The notes under the pieces were generated by a model, which was not told the DNA's origin, made no database searches, and worked only from the letters and a program-made list of their open reading frames with translations. Both the position numbers and the translations under genes were made by a program. A stretch of 64,000 bases of DNA, taken from the NCBI GenBank assembly GCA_964036045.1, contig OZ038379.1:49352001-49416000 (forward strand), written 5' to 3'. Origin of the DNA: Eutreptiella sp. 'Long Island Sound 2002' (taxonomy: Eukaryota > Protista > Euglenida). Shown one piece after another: positions 1 to 11,100 of this stretch. Position 1 is the stretch's first letter. Every line of letters starts with the position of its first letter.

Positions 1-131
1 GTGGTACACATTTGTTGTGCGCTACATTCTGCGCTGCAGTGCAGCAATGCAAAACACTGTACTATGCGGTGATGACCATGCGCCTGTGACACGGGGGCGT
101 ATGCGAGCCCAGTATCCGTTGCCTCATGGCC
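1..131 (+). mobile_element. 3' tail of tRNA-derived SINE family (runs off left edge of window)
   Basis: Near-identical to 3090-3191, 13525-13643 and the reverse complement of 30228-30345 (core GTGATGACCATGCGCCTGTGACACGGGGGCGTATGCGAGCCCAGTATCCGTTGCCTCATGGCC). Confidence 0.85.
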
Positions 132-599
132 CCCGGGGTAAAATGGCTGCAAACACACAAGGTAACCCATGCGGGTCAAAATTTTCCCAAGTGACGCCCC
201 TAACCCCCTGCAACAAGCGGCAATTTTGGTTTAATCAATCGATTTCTGGCCAAAAATTGAAGATATTGGATTTAATTTGGGCCTCTAGGGTAGGGCTAAA
301 CACCCACCTCAACCTAAGGTTACAGTACGGTATAGATGGGGATGGGGGACCGGGACGCCACGGGGACCCAGAGGGCCCGCAGGCGAGGGTAGAAACCCTC
401 GTGATCTGGCTTTAGGCGCCCTAACGGGGCGAACCCCGGCCAGCTAACCCAAGGCAAGGAGAACGATCCCACTCCCCGCCGAATACCCTCGCGAAGGTGG
501 GAGCGCCCTCTGGGGTGTGAACGAGGCCTACAACGTACCGGTCCTCCAATCCCGAAGCCTCGACGAAGGCAGGGGGATCGGGGCACATGGTCGACACCT

Positions 600-1015
600 C
601 CGCAGCCCTCCCCATACAGCGGGGGAAACACCCGAGTCTCTCCAGTCCTGCCTAAGACGTTTGGGCCATAGGGGCGACCGGGGGGGGGGTCGGATATGAT
701 TGATCTTCCACCGCCTCCCCACACAGCGGCGTAGACACCCGAGTCCCTCCGGTCCTGCCTTGGCTGTTTGGGGGATAGGGACGCCCCGTGGGAACACCAG
801 GTATGCAGAGGATCGAGCCACTCCCACAAAGCGGCGGATACACCCGAATTCCCCTAGTCTTGCCAGGGCCGCCTTCGTGATAGGGACGCCCCGTGGGAAA
901 ACCCGGTATGCACAGGATGCAGCCACTCCCACATAACGGCAGATACACCGGAGTCCCTCTAGTCCTGCCCGGGCCGCCTGGGGGATAGGGAGTCCCGGTG
1001 GGAAAACCAGGTATG
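600..1015 (+). repeat. 105-bp tandem satellite, left part (about 3-4 units)
   Basis: Unit GGGATAGGGACGCCCCGTGGGAAAACCAGGTATGCAGAGGATCCAGCCACTCCCACACAGCGGCGGATACACCCGAGTCC...; TAGGGACGCC recurs at 776 and 881 (period 105). Confidence 0.9.
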
Positions 1016-1321
1016 CCCTTGGTACACACTAGAAGACCCAATCTCGTTCTAGGCCAGAACCCACTAGAACGGCTAGAACGAAAAAAACAGGGGGATACCC
1101 CCCCCCCCCCGCGGGGGGGAGGTGGTTTTGTGGTGTCTAACCTGGACCCCCATATCCTTACTCGGGGCCCATGATTTTCTTTAACAATTTCATTGTTTTC
1201 ACCTGGTTTTGGAGTCCAATAAGTTTTCGTTCCAGCGCTGTTCTAGCGACGTTCCAGCGAGCGCCGCTACAACGCCGCTAGAACGGTTCGCCAGAACGCC
1301 GCTAGAACAACACATATGAAT

Positions 1322-1413
1322 GCTCCGCCACTCCTCGAAGAGAAGCTGCCCCGGCTACCATGGCCAGCTGTGGCCAATCACAGGGTCCCGATGCTATACC
1401 CGACTCACGGAGC
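1322..1413 (-). ncRNA. Candidate structured RNA element (92 nt), copy 1 of 3
   Basis: Homologous to 37701-37791 and 38596-38687; four stems conserved with compensatory changes (see findings). Confidence 0.5.
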
Positions 1414-2583
1414 GCGGGGTCCCCACCCCCCCCCGACCCCCGGTTAGTCCGGTTAGCACCCCACCGCACCCCATAGGTCATTTGGAAGGCCACTTGGCGG
1501 GCTGTCGCCAGGTCACTTGGTGGTGGGGTAGCCTGATTAACCCAGTTAGCCCGATTAGCCCCCCTGCCCCCCCCAGGCCCCCACTCGCGAGTCGCGACAC
1601 GTAGGTTACCCCTCCTACGTGGTGGGGGTTTGCCGGGGCTCATTTGTGCTCGCGACACCCCCTTTTCAAACCCCATGTCCGCTTCCTTCTCACCCCCCTC
1701 GTCACCCCCCACCTCACCCCCCTTGTCACCCCCCTCCCCCTTGTCACCACTCTCGTTCCCCTCGTCATCCCCGTCATTCCTGCTATCCCCGTCGTCCCCC
1801 GCCCCCAAGGCCTCCCGGAGGTGGGCCTCCGCCTCCTCCCGGGTGAGGAAGAGGAGCCCCCCCGCCACCCGGAAGGTGCCCCCCTCTTGCTCCCGCTTCC
1901 TCTTCTTCCCCTTCTTCCCCTTCTTCCCCCCCTCCCCATTGGACCCCAGCGACACCACACACCACGCGACCGGGTCCAACTCCTTATCCCAATCATCCAA
2001 CACCGTCACCGGTTGACGGTCCGCCCATTACCCCCCTCCTCCCAAGGGACATACCGGGTGACCCCCACACCCGGCACATTCCCATAGGGGTCCCGCCCCC
2101 TATCTTGCAAGAGGGGGGCTTGGGGTTTTCTGGGGGGGGTGGCCTTGCCCTTGCCCTTGGCCTTGGCCTTGGGCTTGCTCTGCTAGGCTTGGGGGGGGGG
2201 GGGCGACTTCCTCGCTACTCTTGAAGCTGGTTTTTTTCTTGGGGGCCTTGGGGGGGGGTTCGGGGGCCTTTGGGGGGGGGTGTCCTCCCCCCGCTGCCAA
2301 TGCGCTGGTGCTACTGCTGCTGGTGCTGCTGCTGCTGCTACTGGTCTCCCCCGCCCGGTCTTGCAACCTCACCCAATCCTTGCGCTGCGGGTCCATGCCG
2401 CCCCGCACTCCTGCCCGCTTCCCACCTACCCGAAGCGTCAAGCACCGAGAGGGCCCAATTGGGGTCCGTCCCCAGGAACCGGCCCAACTCGGTGACCCCC
2501 ACGAGCCGCGTCCAGCCTCTGCCATCGGGCCAGTCCACGCGCCCCCCGCGGAGGTCGGCTCCACACGTCTGCACGCTGGCAGC

Positions 2584-2738
2584 CTGAGAACAGCAACATA
2601 ATGCACGTGCGTTCTAGCGTCGTTCTAGGCAACTGTTCTAGTGGCATTGTAGCGAGGTTCTAGCGGCGGCGGCACGGCGGTGGCTAGATCAACGTTAGAA
2701 CGGTTCGCTGGATCAACGCTAGAAACCAACCAGCATAC
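2584..2738 (-). other. GT-AG intron filled with CTAGAAC repeats
   Basis: Minus strand ACG|GTATGC...TGTTGCTGTTCTCAG|GCT; phase 0 join between ORF frames 2625-2984 and 2338-2574. Confidence 0.7.
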
Positions 2739-3089
2739 CGTGCCTTGGCGGTCCAGGGCGACGGAGATGGCCGCATGGCCTTGGCGAAGGCGTCTCGGGA
2801 GGGGGGGTGTGGCTGCGGGGGGGCCCCAGCGGGGTTTGCGGCGGGCCTGGGCTTGGACTTGGGCCGGGAGGCAGTGCCGTGCACCACCCCGGCATACGCC
2901 CCCCTCTTCGCCGCTCCGGGTTGAAACCCCCCATGTCCAACAGCGCCGACCAGGTCGGCGTCCAGGTCCAGGCCTTCCCCACATATTCCATCCCCCCCGG
3001 CCCCGGCAACACCCGTTGCCACCCCCACCACCCTTTGACCATCCCTAGGCGCAGTGGCTTGTCCAGGTCGACCCCCCCCCCCTCGTCCA

Positions 3090-3191
3090 CCTGCGCTGCA
3101 GTGCAGCAAGGAAAAACACTGAACTATGTGGTGATGACCATGCGCCTGTGACACGGCGGCGTATGCAAACCCAGTATCCGTTGCCTCATGG
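3090..3191 (+). mobile_element. 5'-truncated SINE tail with 10-bp target-site duplication
   Basis: CCCTCGTCCA at 3080-3089 and 3192-3201 flanks the 102-bp tail; no poly(A). Confidence 0.9.
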
Positions 3192-4020
3192 CCCTCGTCC
3201 AACCATACCCAACGCCCCCCCCCCCCCCTACAGCCGGTGGTGCACCCACTGCAACAAAAACCGGAGAGTCCAAACCAGACTCCCCGGGGCGACGAGGAGG
3301 GGGGTGTCCAGGTTTGGGGGGTGGGGGCCAGCCAGGACAGCCGTGTCCCATGGCAGGTCCTGGATGGCCCCCACATCCCTTGACCCCATCATCGCCCTGA
3401 GCCACTGGCTCACCCCCCCCACCCGCCGGCGTCTCCACCACCACCTTCGCCTCAACCTCCTCCTTCACCGTCCCCTCCTCCATCTCCGCCGGCTCCACGT
3501 CCACCTCCACCACCACCTCCTCCTCCTCCTCCTTCACCTTATCCACTGCCGCCGCCAACAACAGCTCCGTCCTTGCACGCTGCGATCCATCGCCGCGATC
3601 GCCTTCTCTGTCTCCACCACCTTGGCCTTCGCCTTGCGGAGAATGTCCTCCGCCATGCGGATCCTCTCCTCATCCCCAATCTCCCGCACCTCGGCCAGCT
3701 TGGTCTCCCATTGGGATACCTTGGTCTCCAGCTTGGCCTTTGCCCCCTTGGAGGTTGCGAGGGAAGCCGGGAGACCGCGCAACTCCCCCCGCATTTAATC
3801 CACCTCCGGGTCCTTTGAGGCCGCCGCCGCCGACTTCCTGGCGGCCAACGGGTGAGGGGGTGGCAATGTTGGAGGTGGGGCTTGGGCTTGGCGAGGAGGG
3901 GTGGCTTGGCCGCGGCCTTGGGCTTGGCCTCGGCCTGCTCGGCCTTCGGCTCGGCTTGCGTGGCCTGCGCCTGCACCTGCGCCGCCATCACCGCCGCAAT
4001 CAGCGCCTGGGTCGCAGATT

Positions 4021-4169
4021 CTATAGAAAAAACAGGAGCGTTCCAGCGCCGTTCTAGGCAACCGTTCTAGCGGCGTTCTAGCGACGTTCTAGCGACCGAT
4101 TGTGCTGCCTAGATCAAGACTAGAACGCTTCCCTAGATCAGCGCTAGAACGCACAACAAGACAAGATAC
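4021..4169 (-). other. GT-AG intron filled with CTAGAAC repeats
   Basis: Minus strand CAG|GTATCT...TTTTTTCTATAG|AA; removal keeps the reading frame. Confidence 0.75.
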
Positions 4170-6169
4170 CTGGCGGAGCAGCTCGTCCATCACCTACTTC
4201 GATGCCATGCTTTTGGTCAATATTTTGGCTGAGGGAAGCCTGCATGTGGCCCTGGCCCTTCCTTACCTCCATGGCATCCCTGCCCGAGCATGGCACTTGC
4301 GACCGCGGCCCCCCATGCACAACCCACGACACGTCAAAGTATGCAAAGAACCATGTTATGCACTGTGCTTGCACATTGGCCTCTTTGTGGATGGCCGACC
4401 ACTGACCACCCGACACGTCATCCACCCCCTCCACCCGACAGCCCCCCCCCCCCCCCCGGTTGCTTAGCTCGTTGGGACCATCTGTCACAAAGCGGTTGAT
4501 GCTTTCCAAAATGTCACCCGAGAACATAGCCAATCCAAATTGCTGAACGTTCTGCAACATGGTATCTACATCATGCTCAAGGCTCCGTAGATACCATGAT
4601 GATGTTGCGACAGTACATTGTCGCCGGAAACAACGGGCCACGGCAGCACAGTTCAATGGGTTAGGGCCCTGATATGTACAATAGAGGGCCTGCAACAGGT
4701 TCCACATTTTCGCGATGGCCTTGTACTTGGTGGTGGTCACCCTAATGCCGAGGCACCTAGCAATATCCGGCCATGCGTCCAAAAAATTGGCCGTCTCTTC
4801 CCCGTCCGGGGAAGGTGACCCATAAACGCTCCAACCTGCAAGCCTCTCCAACAGGAGAACTTGTAGGTCTTGACGGAGCGCAGGGGTGACCGACCTAGCC
4901 TCCCCGTCGACAAACTCCCCCAACAAGCGGCCCATGGCCATTGTCAAGTGCAAAATGCACAAGACGACTCAAGCACGTGGCAATTTGAAAATCCACTGCA
5001 TACTGCAGCCAGCGGCTTGCAACGAAGGCGTCCCAAGGAGGAAGGCCGTGCAGTTGGCCTCATCACCCTCCATGGTCTGCCGGATAGCACTACCCTCCGA
5101 AGTCTTCTTTTGGGCAGTCCATATCCCCTCATTCAAAATGGAGCCCACTCGGGGGCATGTGGACACCCCGATCACCCTTCGTGTCCACGGTTGATCCCCC
5201 CCGAGGATCACCTTTGCCCCCTCCTTGGAGGCCCCCCATTGGACGAGCCCCGTGTCAATGATGTCTTGAATCACTCAAACACTAGACATGGGCGGTGGTT
5301 AATTTCGTTCTAGTCTAGTGTAATCCAGCTTCTCCGAGCGCTGTTCGAGGGTACCTAGATCAAAACTAGAACGAGCGAAAGGCACTAGGTGAGATGCCTA
5401 CCTCTCAAATGCTCTTCCACAACGTCCCAAGGGTGTCCATGGCCTTTTCAGCGCAATTGGCCATGCTCAACACCCAAAGGCCCGCGGGGGAGCGTGCCAA
5501 GCGGTCGAAGTTGGCCAAGGAGATGGTGAGTTGGGTCCAATTGCCCCCGACCACAGGGTAGGCATCTCCCCGGACGATGAACGTCAATGGGAAGTTGCGG
5601 TTGATTGCCCGCACCAAGCCCGGCCGGGAGAGGATTTATGTGACCCATGAGGCGAAGGGCCATGAGATCCCGGTGGCCTTGGGCAACACCGTGGCAACGG
5701 GCTCATCCAATTGCACGGGGGCGACCAATCCCTTCCAACGGGCTTGGAAGTCCCGCTCGGTACAAACTGGACGGGAGTAGGGGCCACCGGCAGTGGTGCG
5801 GTGATACTCCAACTTACGGAGCGTGTAGAGCTCCGAGAGGGTCCTCCGCGAGGACTTGGGGGCCCTCATGTTTAGCACTAGTTCACACATGGCGGTGGGG
5901 GGGAGAAGGGAGGCGGCATATGCCTCAACGGCGGCCTTGCATGACTCACTCGTGGTACGGGTCGAAGTGGCGGAGTTCACATATTGGACGGCGGTGTTGA
6001 ATTGCTGCCGTGCTAGGCGGCATGATAGCACCCATGTCGCCAAGTAATGGCCCATCCGCTCATCCTTGAGGTTTGAAGCCCCACTCAAGTCCCGTAGTGC
6101 CCGGGACAAGAGGGAAGTATCCTTCCCGGTTGAGGAGGGAGCAAGGGGGGAAGTGGCGTGGCATTTCAT
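4170..6169 (-). pseudogene. DDE transposase core (Transib/Chapaev/RAG1-like), disrupted by stops and frameshifts
   Basis: Segments LGGDQPW (4969-5274 ORF), CILHLTMAMG and WYLRSLEHDVDTML...GLAMFSGDILESINRF (4144-4962 ORF) parallel the RAG1/Transib D, LH and Y.H...H...S.E..ES.NK motifs. Confidence 0.65.
5282..5401 (-). other. Probable GT-AG intron with CTAGAAC repeats
   Basis: Minus strand GAG|GTAGGC...GTCTAG|T between two transposase ORF pieces. The frame does not restore cleanly because of nearby stops. Confidence 0.5.
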
Positions 6170-6382
6170 TGAAAAGAAATGTGCAATATCTAAGCGCGAC
6201 AGATGGAAACATGGAACAAAGAACTACGGACAATAGCAAGCATGCACCGGGGAACAATGAAGAAATTGGCACATTTGGCTAGACATAATATCGTTCTAGT
6301 ATTGATCTAATCTAGGCTAGAACATCTAGGCTAGAGTGTTCTAGGCTAGATCAACATTGGGTCTTGTGGCGTGTACCAAGGG

Positions 6383-8172
6383 TGCACAAGATCCAGCCAC
6401 CCGCACACAGCGACGGATACACCCGAGTCCCTCCGGTTGTACCTCGACTGCTTGGGGGATAGGAACACCCCGTGGGAAAACCAGGTATGCAGAGGATCCA
6501 GCCACCCCCACACAGCGGCGGATACACCCGAGTCCCTCCGGTCCTGCGTAGACCGTTTGGGGAATAGGGATGCCCCGTGGGAAAACCATGTATGTATAGG
6601 ATCCAACCACTCCCACACAACGGGAGACACACCCGAGTCCCTCTAGTCTTGCCTGTGCCGGTTGGGGAATAGGCACGCCCCAGGGGAAAACCAGGTATGC
6701 ACAGGATCCAGCCACTCCCACAAAGCGGCGGGTACACCCGAATTCCTCCGGTCCTGCCTAGGCTCTGTGTGAAAACCCGGTATGCACAGGATGCAGCCAC
6801 TCCCGCACAACGGCAGATACGCCGGAGTGCCTCTCGTGCCGCCTGGGTCGCCTGGGGGATAGGGAGGCCCGGTGGGAAAATCAGGTATGCAGAGGATCCA
6901 GCCACCCGCACTCAACGATGGATACAACCCAGTCCCTCCGGTGGTGCCTCGACCGCTTGGGTGATAGGTACCCCCCGTGGAAAAACCAGGTATGCAAAGG
7001 ATCTAGCCACCACCCCACAGCGGCGGATACACCCGACGCCCTCTAGTCTTGCATAGACCGCTTGGGGGATAGGGATGCCCTGTGGGAAAACCACGTATGT
7101 ATAGGAACCAGCCAGTCCCACACAGCACTAGATACCCCCGAGTTCCTCCCGTCTTGCGTGTGCCGCTTGGGGGATAGGGATGCCCTGTGGGAAGCCTAGG
7201 TATGCACAGGATCCACGCACTCCCACAAAGCGGCAGGTGCACCCGAATTCCTCCGGTCCTGCCTCGGGCGCCTGGGGGATAGGGGTACCCTTTGGAAAAA
7301 CCACGTATGGAAAGGATCCAACCGCTCCCACACAGCGGCGTATACACTCGAGTCCCTCCGGTCTTGCGTGGGCCGCCTGGGAGATAGGGGCGCCCCGTGG
7401 AAAAACTATGTATGCAAGGGATCTAGCCACCCCCACACAGCGGCGGATACACCCGAGTCCCTGCGGTCCTTCCTAGGCCGCCTGGGGGATAGGGACGCCC
7501 CATGGGAAAACCGGGTATGCAGAGGATCCAGCCACTCCCACACAGTGGTAAATGCACCCAAGCCCCTCCGGTCGTGCTTGGGCCGCCTGGGGGATAGGGA
7601 CGGCCCGTGGGAAAACCACGTATGTAGGGGATCCATCCACTCGGCGGATGCACCCGATTCCCTCCGGTCGTGCGTGGACCGCCTGCGGGATAGGGACGCC
7701 CTGTGGGAGAACCAGGTAGGCACAACATCCAGCCACCCCCACCCAGCGGCGTATGCACCCGAGTCACTCCGGTCCTGCCTTGGCCCGCTGGGGGATAGGG
7801 ACGCCGTCGGAAAATCAGGTATGCAGAGGATCGAGCCACTCCCACACAGCAGTAGATACACCGAGGACCCTCCGATCGTGCCCGGACCGCTTGGGGGATA
7901 GGGACGCTCCGTGGGAACACCGGGTATGCAGAGGATCGAGCCACCCCCAAACAGCGGCTAATACACCCGAGTTGCTCCGGTCCTGTCTGGGCCGCCTGGG
8001 GGATAGGGACGGCCCGTGGGAATGCACAGGATCCAGCCACTCCCACACAGCAGCGGATACACCCGATTCCCTCCAGTCGTGCCTCGACCGCTTGGGGGAT
8101 AGGAATGCCCCGTGGGAAAACCATGCATGCACAGGACCCAGCCGCGCCTACATAACACAAGATACACCCGAT
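6383..8172 (+). repeat. 105-bp tandem satellite, right part (about 17 units)
   Basis: ATCCAGCC at 6391 and 6496 (period 105); continues to 8170, same unit and orientation as 600-1015. Confidence 0.95.
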
Positions 8173-8198
8173 ACTTTCTGAGTGTCTATTTTTTTTCG
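8173..8198 (+). other. Euglenid spliced-leader exon sequence, retroposed
   Basis: ACTTTCTGAGTGTCTATTTTTTTTCG, 26 nt. Followed by ACCGC rather than a GT donor, so not an SL-RNA gene. Confidence 0.85.
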
Positions 8199-11100
8199 AC
8201 CGCATCGGTGCCATGTACCTCCGCCTCCCGGGCAGGCTGGCGCCTTGAGACCCGGCCCCAAAACCTCCGCGGTCGCGTTGGGAGTTCAAGTACACCAATT
8301 GCTGCTCAATACCCAATGAATCAACTGGTGAATCAACCTAAGCAATTCTGTGATAGCACCAACATGTTGGTCATGTCTTACTCATAGAGTCCAACATGTT
8401 GCACACATAGTGCGCTCACATCGCCACTAACATGTCGGCCGCACCACAGCTTCGAACCTACTCGCAACAACCTCTGATAGGGCCTGCAAGACATGACCTG
8501 GGCGCCGCCATCCAACAGTGCACCCGCATCGCACCCGGTGACCTACATCACCACGAACACAAGAATCCAAACGCAATGCAACGCATACGTCGGTCACAAT
8601 ATCATCCGCTCGGTCCAGCATGCTGCAGACACACTGCTCACGTGCCATTACCACCACCTCGCATCAAGACGAATTGACGCAACCGATGGGGAGAACAATT
8701 CGTCTCGTTCTTCATCACAGCTTCTTAGGCATTGTCTTTTGTTCGCTGAAGCCTCATGGCTCAGGCGAAAGCACTAAGTGTGCTATCCTACCCCTGCACC
8801 TCACGGCCCAACACAGTTGGAGAGAATCCCCCTCGACGCCTTTCCATTACCAATACGTACCAAGGACCAACCGCGATGACCTTTACCACTTCGAAGCTGT
8901 ACACGGAGGTGGGGACCAATACCTCGTCTACATCGTGCTCGTCGAATGGCACAGTGTTACCCGCAAGGCCAGACGAGACAGGGAAGCGGAGCATTGCAAG
9001 AGGCAATATGAAGTGGGACCTGAAAATGCCAACCACGGGGGTGACTCCACCACGAGCATATTCGCAGTGGCAACCATTCTTTTGAGCAGCAGGAAAACTT
9101 CAGCATATGCCCAAGCATCAACAGAAACCCTAGAACCCAAGCAATCGAGGAGAGGAATCACACGAACATGCCGAAAGCCAAACGATGTCGAGCAGGTGAC
9201 ATGGACTGAGCAGACACAATGGACCACAACATGGCGATGGGCACCTAATTAATGATCACTCTACGAGCACTTCAGCAAGTCGAGCGCCCGATAGCACCAC
9301 GAAGCTGGCGGAGCCCCCCTTGGAGCCCTTTGCCATCATTTCAAGCGAAGGGGCGGCAGCTGCAATGCCTACCGAAGCCAACCCCCCCCCCCCCCCCCAA
9401 CAGCAAAGCAGGACCCAAGACCAAAGCAATGCAAACGCCATACTCTCTCCGACCAATCGCACTGCAAACGACACCACAGAAGTGGCTCTCCAACATTCTC
9501 CTGATCCAGCTGGAGGATCTATTTCTCCAGTGCATTCGGTCACAGCAAGATCCTACCAGTTGTGGCCTGGGTATCCAAGGCATATTACGCCCCAACCCCA
9601 GTGATCAGGCAGCTGAACCTAGTATACCACGTGACTATGGGCACCAACAGTTGGGGCATAACTGTGCCAATCCTCTCACGGCCTCGGACGCACGGGGGAC
9701 TGGCACTGCCCCGGCTAGGGCCGTTTCTCATGCACCAGGCAGCGGCTCTGTTCGTCAGCTTATTGGGAGAGCCTCACAAGTAACCCAACAAGGCGGTGGA
9801 GACCTTCTATGCATGGGCGACAACAATTGGGCTCACACCGTCCAAAGACAACCTCCCATATATCCAGCTGGGCATGGTTCGAACGGTGGGACTGATGTTC
9901 CTGGGATGGTCGGCCAAGGCACGTTCATATATCCAACGGGTGGCCCCACAGGTGGCCCCCCCGAAAAACCGGGGCCAGTTGCCACTGTGGCACTCTGTAT
10001 ATTTCCGGAATGAGTTCAACGGCTCCTACTACAATTTCAAAATGATCCGGCAGGGAGTACTGACGTGGGGTCAGTTACAATCCTTGGAAGATGTGAGGCT
10101 GTTGAATGCTGTGCCCCGATCATGGAATGGGGTGTAAAATTACGGCGGACAACTCCTCAATAAAGTCTCATCACAAGGGGGGTTTGATACCCCCACAGTC
10201 CACGTCCGAAACTGGACCAGAGCATGGCTGCTTCAATTCTACGCCTCACAGCCGGGGGTTCCCGACCCACAAACACTAGAGGTATGGGAGCAACGGGCAC
10301 AAGCACAGCTACCGCCGAGGGTGCGGCACTTTGCACAAAGAGTGCTGAGGCACAAGCTGACCGTGCATGCAAGAGTCTCTAAGAGGTCGGGCACGGACAA
10401 GTGCCCGATATGCTCGCAAAAGGAGATGGTCAAGCAGGCGATGGTCGAGTGCCGCATGTTCAAAGCGGCGGCGGCGGTGATACAACACTACTATGGCCCG
10501 CTGGAAACTGGAAACAGGAAGTCAACAATTCAAGACATGATGGAATCCGACCAACAGGAGTGGTCGCTGAACACGAGTCAAGGCTGGGCAATGTGGTCCG
10601 CGAGAAGCGCCCACTGGCGATATCGATGCGAAGTCAAAGCAGGAGCGTCACCAGTGTTCACATCGTACTTGACAACCTGGCTCAGGGAGCTGTGTGAATG
10701 GGTTGGGTTTTACTCACGAGAGCGTAGGGAGCAATGGAGAGGCTTCAAGCAGTCTTTGGAGCAACTTCGAGAAACGGGAGTGCAGCCGCGACAAGGGGAA
10801 GTACGAGTAAACGGCGGATTGAGTGCGTGGTGGCAAACACACACGGAGTGCTTCACGCAAAAAAGCAACGCCGGCACACACACTTGGCATAGAGAAACAG
10901 AATCACGCCCGAAGCGCCCCAGGCAGGCAGGCCCGGGAGTGCTTCAAGGAGTACAACACCTGATTGCAGAACTAGTTGCGAAGGGTTACAGGATTTTGTA
11001 CAAGGACGGGTCCTCAAAAAGACTGCGCCACAAGGGCAGGTGGCAGGTGGCAGCTGGCAGGTGGCAGGTGGCCGCAGGGCAGGTGGCTTTGGCGTATTCG

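Larger units (their letters stand above)
1302..4020 (-). pseudogene. Downstream exons of the transposon gene (Ala/Lys-rich, coiled-coil, acidic/basic low-complexity), interrupted by a SINE fragment
   Basis: ORFs 3539-3991, 3534-3794, 2338-2574, 2100-2606 and 1302-2009. Removing intron 4021-4169 joins the transposase exon in frame to 3539-3991 (...PP E SATQALIAAVMAAQ). Confidence 0.55.
1016..6382 (-). mobile_element. Cut-and-paste DNA transposon, CMC-like (CCC termini, 2-bp TSD), inserted in the satellite
   Basis: 27-bp TIRs with 24/27 match: CCCTTGGTACACACTAGAAGACCCAAT (1016-1042) and ATTGGGTCTTGTGGCGTGTACCAAGGG (6356-6382). The satellite unit breaks at ...CCAGGTATG| and resumes |TGCACAAGATCC, duplicating TG. 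CTAGAAC subterminal repeats occur at both ends. Confidence 0.9.

Noticed and set aside
8173-8300. Functional SL-RNA gene
   Set aside because: No GT donor after the exon, no SL intron or Sm site recognised, and upstream is satellite DNA.
6341-8316. Many ORFs over the 105-, 76-, 96- and 100-bp repeats
   Set aside because: Open frames are by-products of GC-rich tandem units; no domain motifs.
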